64,000 nucleotides of DNA from Dimorphilus gyrociliatus (Eukaryota > Animalia > Annelida). The position numbers and the translations under genes were made by a program. This document shows positions 40,174 through 51,180 of the stretch, piece after piece (within the stretch, counting starts at the first letter, position 1; every line of letters begins with the position of its first letter). The notes below the pieces were generated by a model. That model did not search any database. It worked only from the letters and a program-made list of their open reading frames with translations, and was not told the DNA's origin. Location of the stretch: NCBI GenBank assembly GCA_904063045.1, contig CAJFCJ010000022.1, forward strand, positions 703,812-767,811, given 5' to 3'.

Positions 40174-40991
40174 GCAAATGTTTTACAAGATTAACTTTTA
40201 AGCAAGTTTAGATGTATAAAGGAGAATTTAAGCTTGTAGACATAGAGAAGAGACGATTAAATGTGTGAAAATTGAGCGAAATTATATCCAGACATGAATA
40301 ATGTATACTATGTAACCTTTTTATTTGAAAAAATCCAATTATATAAACTCTAAATAGCTGCGCCTCCGACATAATTACGAATACTTTGACAGTCATTCAG
40401 CAATGGTAAATATCAATAGCCAAAAGAACACCCTCCTAATTAGGGCTATGCACAGCCATTTTCTCACAATAACCACCCAACAAATGACAAACACAATCTC
40501 AATCTGCTTTTAGTTTAATTCAATTTGCCGAGAGCTTAGAGGGAATGGCTCTCCTATCACACAGAGAAGGGGAGAGACAGAAAGAGAAAGCATAGTTGAT
40601 AAAGATAGATGAACTGATAGATTTAGAGTAAAGTAGACAAATAGCCAAACAAGCCAACTAACAAACTATCTTCTTGAAACAAATCTAACCAAATTATTTC
40701 ATTGATTTTGTTTTAGCATTAAATTCATAACAAATTGTAGAAAGAGAAAAAGAGAGAAAAGATTGAGAATAATAATAATAATAATAATAGTAATAATAAT
40801 GATAATTAACTAATATTAATAATAACCAGACTAATTACAAAAACAACAACAATAAAACAAAAAACATTAAACAAACCATGAATGTCTTTGACATCTATCG
40901 TCGTAGGTTGATTGAGGATAGTGGACAAATTGAGGACCGTAATAGCCGTCCGTATACATTATTTATATTTCTCTTTCTCTTGCCCGCTCCT

Positions 40992-41003
40992 TCACTCACT
41001 CAC

Positions 41004-41045
<42 letters not shown>
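40992..41045. repeat. Compound (TCAC)n-(CT)n microsatellite
   Basis: Direct reading. Confidence 0.9.
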
Positions 41046-41048
<3 letters not shown>

Positions 41049-43827
41049 TACTCTATACTTCTCTCCTTTTGTCTACTTTTTACAAAATTCTCAACGCTTC
41101 TATAACAAGAAATCACAAACTTTTCAAGTTTACCTTTATTTATATGAAGGTGAGACAGGGGCGGAGCCTGAAGAGGCGGGAAGAGATGGAGACATTAAAC
41201 AGGAAATAATTTGATGCTATTTTGACTAGCAATTTACAAGTGTCACTTTTTCCCTTCTCGTCGTCTCTTCGACACCTCGACTTTATTAAATTAACTACTG
41301 CCTTTGTTCAATTAGACGCTACTTTTTAGCGTGTCGACAACTCAGTAGGGACCTCATGACGTCAGTTTATAAGGGATTTAAATTTCTAAAGTGTTCCCTC
41401 TGAATAAACTTGTCAGCGTGTGCCTACTTTTATTCAAGTGTTTATCTTCTCTTGTTTGTCTGTCGCCAGAAAAAATAGTTGTTTGTTTGTTTGTTTTATC
41501 AGATTTACAAGTTTTTCTTTAATTCTTCGTTCTTCCCTCCCTCAACAACAGGTGAAAAATAAGGTCTATTCCCTTTCGCTACTGTATATTTCTAACTATT
41601 AACTAGCTCTCAACTTTTCTCTTTCTCCTCCTCCCATCTCTCTCTCTCTCTATCTATCTATCTGTCTATATAGCTATTGGTCTATCTATTCGTCTATGCC
41701 TGTCTGTTTTTCTCACCACACGTGCTCGAGCGCAAGCAAAAGCACGTCCCACTGTCTTCTACCTTTTTACAACCAATAATGCAAATCAAACTAAGTCACG
41801 TGCGCCGGTACTCGTGACATTGACGCTTCCGCCGTTCCGGCGTCGTTTTCCAGTTAGACGCTCGTTAAGTTGTTGACGAGCGGGACGTCTAATTATTTAG
41901 TCGTCGAAACCCTAGACGCCCACCCATCGTAGAGCCGATTAAGAGGAAATTTTCTTTGTCGTTATGAGCTAAAAACGAAAATGATTGGGGAAAAATCGAC
42001 ATTCTTTTGACTATCGACGCCCTGCGGAGACTGAATAAAAGAATTTCCTTGTAGAGTGTGGCTCTTAACTAAACAACTTTAAGCTTTTCCTTCAACTTTT
42101 TATATACTTTACTTTGGACTCTTCAACTGTAACTCTAATTAATTTAACTCTGACTCTTAAACTTTCTTTTTCACCCTCTGCTTTCCGCTTCACAAACAAA
42201 CTTAACAAGGTCAACACAGATGATTTTAGCAGGCCTTTCTCCCTTCTATTTTTCCCTTTCTTTTCTCAAGAGCATTCTCTTTCTTATTAAAGAGACTGGA
42301 CAGACAGACGGGAGAAATTCCCTTTTCTACTTAATCCTCCACCCCAGTGTCTAATATCAGCTTTCCCGATGTGGAAGTTTAAGTAACGCCATCTGTAACG
42401 AGGGAAGGAGCGGCCGGTTCGAGAAGATCAACGAAGAAAGGTGGAAGAAAATGGAAGACAGAAATGAAGACAGAAAAAATGAACGACCGAGTGACTAAAA
42501 GAAGTAAATGAATAAGAGGGAAAAGATTGTTTTTGTGTATATAAGGAAATAATTAGAGTAATATAAAGAATGAAAGAACAGGATGATTAGATCTAATTTG
42601 CAAGAAATAATACGTTAATATGAGTAGACATAATCGTGAGGATTAGGAAAAACACGTAAGTAAATGACCATAAAATAGCCCGTCAGTTAGCATTCCCTAA
42701 ACAAGCTGAATCTTTTTGTCTATCATTTACCTTGTCCGCCCCGCCCTCCTTCCCTCTTTCTTCTTCTTCTTCTTCTTCTTCTTCTTCCTCTCCTTCTCCG
42801 CTTTGTTACTAACGAATCACATGAATATGCGCAATTTATATTGTTTACTTTTTGAAAGATTTCTTCGAAAATGTGTATTAGAGACGAATAAAAACTATGT
42901 AAAGAATACTAATAGGCCTACCGGGACAAGAGAAAGAAAAAAAGAAAGATAGAGAGAGGGAACGCATCTCTCTTCTCTCCCTTTTTAATTCGATTTGAAT
43001 ACGAAAAAAGAAGAAAATATCTATAAAAGCTTTTGTTTCGTCTTTTCTAATGAGAATATCGTCCAATTTCTATACTTTCTATACCGTAACATGCCATTGC
43101 GATATATAAATATTCACTTGGTCTTTTGACCTCTTCTTAGTCAGTACCTCTTGCCATCTGTTGGCTATAAATGTATTCAACTTCCTCTTCAGGGCAGTTA
43201 ATATCCAAGTATTCGAAGAGTTTCTCGTTTTCAAGAGCATTAAGGAAGGTGCTGTAGTCCTATAGTGGGAGAGGGAAAGAGAGAAAAACAAATTGAAAAT
43301 AGACGCCATAATCGAATAGAGATAGATACATTCATTCTAATGGGTTGAATGTTTTTTGGTTAGTAACAACTTACGCCACGGTTTATATCGCCGTTGAATA
43401 TCTGAGGAGGACTTAGCAGCATGTCTAATAGTTTCTCTTTTTCTTTTACAGTTTGAGGTCTACCAACGTCCACCTCGACGAAAGAGATCTTCTTCGACTC
43501 GAAAACTCTCTTTATATGATCTTGATGACTTTTCATCTAGAATCATTTGATAGAATTATCATAGCTAATCTCTTTTCGAGATAATTCCCTCTTCCCTCAT
43601 TAATTTACGAAACAAACCTGTAAATTACCACAGTCTTTCGAAACCAACAGTTTTAAGACCATCCTTTACGGCGAAAACGAAAAAAAAAACTACTAGTGCA
43701 GTTGATGCTGCATCTAATATTTGGATTTTCTATTTTTATACACGGATACATAAGATACTCGGCCGACACCACACACATACACACATACACACGCGTATAA
43801 ACGTAAAAAAACTTTATTCTTTGATCG

Positions 43828-43843
43828 TAGCGCCACCTATTGT
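43828..43843 (-). promoter_or_regulatory. CTCF-like site (reverse) between trh and snail
   Basis: The minus strand reads ACAATAGGTGGCGCTA versus CCACTAGGTGGCGCTA (2 mismatches). Confidence 0.45.
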
Positions 43844-44108
43844 ACTTTGTTTCTTTTTTATAATTTATCTCCCTCACCCATCCCCAATCAGTCGTTTCCG
43901 CGAAATGTTAATTATGTCTTAATAGGAAACTCAATTATGCTAAGTTTGTCTTTCCTCTTTAAAATCGACCTACTTCTATTTACGGCCAAATCGCAAGAAA
44001 AGTGTTATGCCCATAGTGGAAGAAGTGCCCGTTAGTTGTCGCCCTCTTCCCCTCTCTGGTCTTTTCCATACTCGGTAGATGTCGCTCTCTATTGGTTTAA
44101 AACCCTAT

Positions 44109-44110
<2 letters not shown>

Positions 44111-44145
<35 letters not shown>
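44111..44145. repeat. (GA)17 microsatellite
   Basis: Direct reading. Confidence 0.95.
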
Positions 44146-44148
<3 letters not shown>

Positions 44149-44355
44149 GAGATAAAAAGAATTTCACTGTTGAACACTGGAAGTAAAATTTGAACAGAAA
44201 CATCGTCCATTGTAAACAGTTTTATTAACTTTTTGTTTATATTCTCATGTTTTTTTTTAAAAAAAAAAGTTCTTTTCTTTTGCGAAAAGAAGAGATTTTT
44301 CTAAGCAAGTACCCTTCGCCATCTACATCAAAGTTGGAAGGTGCCTGTGATGTGG

Positions 44356-44374
44356 TAGCGTCATCTAGCGGTGA
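44356..44374 (-). promoter_or_regulatory. CTCF-like site (reverse) between trh and snail
   Basis: The minus strand reads TCACCGCTAGATGACGCTA; the core is one mismatch from CCGCTAGATGGCGC. Confidence 0.5.
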
Positions 44375-47142
44375 AGAAAAAGACTTGTAAAAGTTCTAGT
44401 TAGTTAAAGCGAGAGAAGATGGCAATCAATTTTTATTAGAAAATTAGGCGTATAAAAATAGGAGTAATCTCTAACAAACCTAGCAAACATTTGATTTCAT
44501 CCATATTCGCTAGTGAATCAGGCTAATTTGTTGATTGGAGCAAAACGCGCTTGATGCAGTTTTCAAGAGGCTACTGCATCTGTGCGCTCGTTTACGCTAA
44601 TTTCGTTACTGTCCAGTTCCAGCTTTATGCGCATTTACTACGGGCAATAAAATCTATATATCAGCGTCCAAGTTTTTTTAGACTATTTTTTCATTCTTCA
44701 CGCAGAAGAAAAAATCTTTGGCACGTAAATGAAGTTACAAATTTTGTAGCTACTTTGTTTATCGTTTATATCGTCCTAGACGACTGATTTTTATAAATCG
44801 TTTAACTTTCTTTATCTCTCTTTCTTTCTTTCTTTCTTTCTTTCTCTCTCTCTCTCTACCTCTTCGCTTAAATTCAACTCGATTCGTTTACGACCAGTTT
44901 TCGTCGCCCTTCATAAATCATCTATTGATGGAGGAGAGAAAAATTGATCATCAAATGGAGAAATGGAGAATATATCTAATTTTTGTCTACACCAATCCTT
45001 TTGAAGACAGATTTAGAGATTTAGAGAAACGGCAATATTCGGGGAGAAAGAGCAAAGAAGAAAAAGAAAAATACAGTAAAAAAAGGATAAAAGCAGGTGT
45101 AGTACAAATAAGAAGAGGAGGAACAGGATTTCTATGGCCAAGTGCAGTCTGTAGAGCACGTGCAGAAATTTTGCAGTTGTCCGAAATTTATATTCATTTG
45201 CGTCCAAGAGAATTTTTTCTGTACCTTACTCTAATCATTTGGTACAGTTTCTATGGACATTGTAGTAAATATATTGAAGGCATTGAAGGTATTGAAAAAT
45301 TCCTCTTTTCTCTATAACTAATCAACCGCAAACAGTTGTAGTGTTGTTAATGGGTACATTTTGCAAGTTTTATCTAATATTTCTTAATCAAAATTGCCTA
45401 TAATAGCCTAATGATGCGCATAGAGATGGACTGAAAAAGGCGGGAAAGGAATAAAGAAATGCCGACGGCAAACTTGGAGACGTTTGTCAACGCGATAATC
45501 TATCATTCGTTTGATTATTTTCGTATACAAGTGTTTATAGTTTGCTCGTAGAACGTTCTCAGCTTGATTTATTGATTTGGCAGTTCCCGTAAAATGCAAT
45601 TCCAATTCTTTCATTTTTCTCTTTTTCTACTATTTTCTTTCCTTCTTCCTTCCTTCTCTAGCTCTTCCATTAATTGTAATAAATAAAAAAAATGGTCAAA
45701 ATTCTACTCAATCCTTCCGCCGCTCCTCCCTTTTAATACACTACTACTTATTCAATCGCTTCAAAATCACTACTGAAACAAGCAAACAAATAGGCCTAAT
45801 TTTGGAATTAAATGCCATTCCAATTACTGTAAAGACGGAAAGAGAAGATAGTTTTATTTTGAAAAGATCCACTAAATCTTTTTTCTCGCTCTTTTCTTCT
45901 TCCTAGACGGAATGGTTGAGCTAGTGAGTGATCTAACACGGAGCGATATTGGCTTTTACCTATTTTCCTCTGTCTGCTTGTTCGTCTCTTTTTAAAACTT
46001 TCCCTCCTAAAAGGAAAACTGACGACGTGTAACGGGATTACATAATATCACAAAGTGATGTAATAGACGGGCTCAGCTGGCGCGCGAGGAGTCAGAAGAG
46101 GTCGATGTCTGCTAATTTCTTGGGCAAACAAGTGAATGAAATTGTGGAAAATTTGATTTGACGAATCAGAGAGAATCGGGCGTGAGAATGAGTTGAGATT
46201 TTGTTTTTCTACTTTTATTGTGATACGTGTGCGGAGGAATTTTTCAGAAAAAATATAATAAATCAACCTGCGAACGTTGCACGTGCGATTTCGAAATGGC
46301 GCACGCTCCAATACAACTGTCGGGCCTTATCAGCTGTCGAGAAATGTATACATACATTTTTCCAGTCTTCTTTTTCTCCTTCTCCCAAAAAATCTTTCAA
46401 CTATTCGCAAGAGAAAGGGAAGAAGAAGTGACCAACGCAACAGCTACTACCCAACTCCGAAACTAAAAAGTCCCAGGAGGAGGAGAAATTTTTCCACCTT
46501 ATTTACCAAACATCGCCGCATCATTAGACTCTACGTTAATGCAATTCTTAAAGAGCAAACCGCTCAATGTTTCTATTGCAAAATACTGCACGCTCACAAA
46601 AACAATTTTACAAACGCGCAGTCTACTTCTTTGCCACAGTCCATCTCTCTCTCACCCTTCTTGCATTGTCCGCAACTTTTCGTTACTGTCAATCAAATTA
46701 TGCATCTTCCAACCGTCCCTTCGTCAACCTATTATTCCATCTATCCATCCATCCATCCATCCTTCTCATCCAGAATGATGCGAAATTGAAAAAACACACA
46801 TAAACACTCGCGTACACACATACACAGACATACGTATACAAACAGAGTCGAATTTTCGCAATAATAAACGCTTAGTGTAACGAATAAGGCAATTAGAATA
46901 AATTGAGCTACTTTATACGCTTACAGAAGCGGTTTGATCTTTTACAGTCATTTGCGGTAAGCACGTGCAAAACTGACAAACGCTTCTGTTCATCTATGGG
47001 AAAATACGAAAATCGGCGCGAGTAAATTGAATTTAGTATAGAAAGACGACTATTCGCCGTATTTTGACAATTCCCATAATATTGTTTAGTCAAGCCACCT
47101 GCGGATTTTTTTGGCGAAAACTAAGATTTTCGTCGCTGCTCT

Positions 47143-47243
47143 CTGATTGGACAACATTTTTAATCAGTCGGCCGATTCCCATACGCTGATTGGCTGTTGG
47201 GTATTCTATAAGAGCCGCCTCGTGCTTAGATAACGGTATAGTT
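47143..47243 (+). promoter_or_regulatory. Putative snail core promoter: two CCAAT boxes, TATA-like box and Inr-like element
   Basis: CTGATTGG at 47143-47150 and 47186-47193, TATAAGA at 47207-47213, ATAGTT at 47238-47243 (about 33 nt after the TATA), ATG 27 nt after the putative +1 (47240). Motif arrangement only; no transcript evidence. Confidence 0.5.
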
Positions 47244-47266
47244 ACGCCCAAGGCAGTCGGTATCTT

Positions 47267-48807
47267 ATGCAGAAAATCATCGTCAAAAGTGCTATGGAGG
47301 AGGAGGACGAATTTATTGACGTCGTCTCTACTGAGAAGGAAATACCATCGACACCAAAAGAAAAAACGCCAGGTAGACGTCAATTTCTTTATTTTCTCTT
47401 TGTGCAATTATTTTCTAATTATAGAGTAAACTATAATTCTAGACTTATAAATCTTGATAAATAGCGGTGAGAACGGAGAAATTTGTCCATCAACCTCGGG
47501 TTTTCATTAACTTTTCTTTTTTCTTTTCCACTATGACCGTTCTCCTTTCAGTTTCTTCATTTCATACTATTTCGGATTGTATATATTTCTATCTTCTGTA
47601 ATAATTATGTTCATTTCGTCTTTGCTATATCTTGCAGCATCTCTAGCTGTGTTGTTCTCTCTTGAAACCTCTCCCTCTCCCATTTCCCCCTCCAATTTCT
47701 CCTTTAATAACCATATAGAAAAAATTATACATGGCGTGTTAAGCCTACATTTACATATATACTGTATATACAAATTAGAACATTAATCAGCGGCTTTATA
47801 GAGAATAAAGAGTCGGAGTTAGAAGAATATAACAAGTACGCGTGCGTAGGTGTGGCGGTGTGGCCGTGCGAGACGAATTGAATAATTGAATGTTATTTCT
47901 TCGTATATACACACTCTATACTTGTATATTGTATATTGGATTTATTCGACTCGAGTGCCGTTACGTTCTTCTCGTGTATTCTATGTATTCAAGGTATTAA
48001 ATTATGAGAGGGAGGGGGCCCAGAGAACCGCGTCGAGAGGGAAATTGTTCAAGATTAACCAGTTTCGTTCGTTTGTTCGTCGGCCGTTCAAGCAAACATT
48101 TTTCATTTCATTTATGATCAATCATTCAACGTTGTTTTCTTCTTTCTTTCTATCTAGCCGTCTTCCGCATTGCCGATATTTTATCGAAACCTAGCAAGCC
48201 CGACGAAATATACAACTTTTGGAATATACCTCGACCGCCACCTCCGTTTTTGATGAACCCCTACTTTCAGTCACACCTTCTTCCCTATCAAATACCTCCA
48301 AGATTTTATCCTTCACCGCCTTTTAACACGGAAGTCCGTAAAAAGAAGCCAGAAGTTGCATCGGCAAATATCAAATATACTTGTGAATCTTGCGGTAAAG
48401 CCTACGCAACTTTTAGTGGCTTGTCGAAGCATAAACAATTCCATTGCTCAGCAGAACACGGTAAAAAGGAATTGTCCTGCAAATACTGCAATAAAACCTA
48501 CACATCTTTGGGGGCTCTTAAGATGCATATAAGAACGCATACGCTACCGTGCAAGTGTCGATTGTGCGGAAAAGCTTTTTCCAGACCCTGGCTTCTGCAA
48601 GGTCACATTCGTACTCATACAGGAGAGAAGCCGTTCAGTTGTGCACATTGTGGAAGGGCGTTTGCGGATAGGTCGAATTTAAGAGCTCACCTCCAAACTC
48701 ACTCAGACGTTAAGAAGTATTCATGTTCAACTTGTTCAAAAACTTTTTCTCGAATGAGTCTATTAACAAAACACAGAGATTCTGGCTGTATTGGATTGGT
48801 TCGATAA
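47267..48807 (+). CDS. sna: Snail-family C2H2 zinc-finger repressor (snail/escargot type), 2 exons, 251 aa
   Basis: Exon 1 47267-47372 (in-frame stop upstream; CCAG|GTAGAC, phase 1) and exon 2 48158-48807 (polypyrimidine-CTAG acceptor, phase 1) total 756 nt. Five fingers carry Snail signatures [53 protein letters not shown] and FSRMSLL. The zinc-finger call is near certain; the exon 1 join is somewhat less so. Confidence 0.94.
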
Positions 48808-48854
48808 TTATATACTTTTATATATTTGGTGCTTATCATCATCTTTACTCTCCC

Positions 48855-48856
<2 letters not shown>

Positions 48857-48886
<30 letters not shown>
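48857..48886. repeat. (CT)15 microsatellite in the presumed snail 3' UTR
   Basis: Direct reading, 50 nt after the snail stop codon. Confidence 0.95.
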
Positions 48887-48889
<3 letters not shown>

Positions 48890-51096
48890 CCCGCTCTTTT
48901 CCGTCGATTCCTATTCATTTCCATTCTAGATGAGCAGATAAAAAATTTGGGAAAAAACAATGAAACTAAAAACAACATAATTTATATAGAAAATGAAATT
49001 GGAAATGAATAGATTAAAAGAAACTTGTACATTTTGTAAAAATTCAAAACATAAAAAATGAAACAAATATGCAGTCGAATAATAAAAATGAAGAAAAAAA
49101 ATGCCAAATAGAGAATAATCAATTTAGAATTTACAGTAAAAATCGTATTTTAAAAACACTTAACAAAATATATAACAAAACTGGAAAAAAGAGTTAATTT
49201 ATCAATTTTTTTCTATTTTTCCAGTTTTGCAGTAGATTCTCTCACTCTTTTCGGACAAAAAAAAATGTCAAGAAATGTTCTTCTTATTTCTTCTTTGTTC
49301 AATATAATAAACTTAAGTTTGTTAAAATTGACATACAAACAAAGCATGTAGTAGAAAGAACCAAACAGGACATAGAAGAGAGACTTGGTCGACCTTTAAC
49401 GATGCTTTTTCTCTTCTTTGTTGGTGAAAAATTATGTTATTGAATTAAAATTTTTAAATGGAGAATTTTGAATTGAATTGAATTATTCTATTTTTAGTTT
49501 TAAGCAAATTTTTAAAATTCAGTCTCTTGTCATTTTTCCGGCCATCTTTCTCTAATCTTCTCTACTTTCAGTAGGCAAGGAGAAAACGAGAATATTTTAT
49601 ATAACTGTATATGTTTGTACTTGGAAGAGAGGATGGAGAGAGAGGAAGAGAGAACAGGCTACTAATCCAAACAGAAATATTGTTTTTGTTTTCCTTTTAC
49701 CTCCCCAACATTACTAGTTTGCCATTTATAATAAAGTTCTTAATTCGATATATTATCGATACGATTTGACATAGAAAAAGACACGTGATTGATTACGAAA
49801 CGAGCAAATAAACTGGGAGAGTTTTTATTACACAATCAAAAAGGTTTCGTAATCGTTGAAAATGTTAGCGTGTGCGTCTGTTTGATGGCGTGTGTTTAAG
49901 TGTATCTGCTAAATTTTGTCGGCCGCTCCAATCTCTCCAGGAGGAGAGAAAGAAAGATGGAAAGAAAAGATAGAAGGAAGAAGAGTACAAAGAATCTTAT
50001 ACAAACCATTAAAGAGATGTCTGCACAAATGTGCACATTTCTTTACAACATGTCTACCGTAAATAAACAAACAAAGACTAACCCCTCAACGCAACTTTGT
50101 AGACGTCGGCTACAGTTTCCACTTGCGCAAGAGAAACATTCGATAAAATCAAGCCACCCAATGCAATACGCGGTATTATCCACCTAATCCTTATAGATGG
50201 AGGCGTTGACAGCTTATTGACTCACCTGCATAATAGACGTCCGAATGCCTGTCGCGATGTCTATGCATAAATCGATACGATTAACTATTCGAATTGCGAA
50301 AACAGTGTATATTTCTTGTCCGTCCATGTAGAACAGGTGTTGCGTGGTGTGGGAGGAGGCAATAGAGTAAAGAAAGAGGAGAAAGGGCAATCGAAAGAAA
50401 ATTCTCTCCTCTCATTTTTTCTCACTTTCCACCTCCTCGTATCCCTCCCCCCTCTCTTTCTTTCTTCCCACCTTTCCTGCTTCCGTCCGTAAAACATCCG
50501 AAACGGATCGCTACTGCCGTTTTCTTTCAAAATGACAAGTTGACAAGAGTTAACAGAGATAAATAGATAGATAGGCAGATAGACAGATAGACAGATCGTG
50601 TGAGAAAAAGATAGATAGAGATGGACATAGAGGGAGCGGTGGAAGAAGGTGGGAACGGAGGGCGGATTTGAGAACGGGAAGGAGGGAGAAAGGAAGAGAA
50701 GGAGAGGGGGAAGAAGACGAAGAAGAAAAAGAAAAAGACAAGGTGAAGCACTAATAATCGCTTCGATTATCAAATTTATTCGTCTGCGTTGCAGATTAGA
50801 TTTTACTTGGAAAAGCTTTTTTTTCTTTATATTATATAGGCCTTAATTTGATTCGTGTAACCTATGGGGTTCTTGCATCTGCTTAGTGTTTTCATCTGCT
50901 TTACTTTTTTTATTTGTTTTCTTTTAAGACATATACCGAATGATATTGTTTTAACTTCAAATCAACTTTATTCGTATCGCTTTTAGGTCTTTTTTTTTTT
51001 CATTTCATCTTCTTATTCTTCTTCTTCTTCTTCTTTCTTCTATTAGTAAATATTCTCTTGTAGCCATCGGTTCGCTTATCCGTCAGTCCGTCGGTC

Positions 51097-51119
51097 CATT
51101 CATTCATTCATTCATTCAT

Positions 51120-51155
<36 letters not shown>

Positions 51156-51180
51156 CCGCCCGTCCGTTCGTCCGTCCGCC
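51097..51180. repeat. Graded tetranucleotide array (CATT)n to (CATC)n to (CGTC)-like units
   Basis: Direct reading. Confidence 0.9.

Noticed and set aside
42416-42422. GGTTCGA T-loop-like motif suggesting a tRNA
   Set aside because: No T-stem, A-box or cloverleaf around it.
46277-46789. 170-aa plus-strand ORF upstream of snail (and overlapping ORFs at 46048-46803)
   Set aside because: No domain similarity, partly microsatellite-derived, and it overlaps motif-rich putative enhancer sequence.
48250-48807. Calling the zinc-finger gene scratch
   Set aside because: Finger residues ([33 protein letters not shown]) are Snail-type and no Scratch domain is visible.
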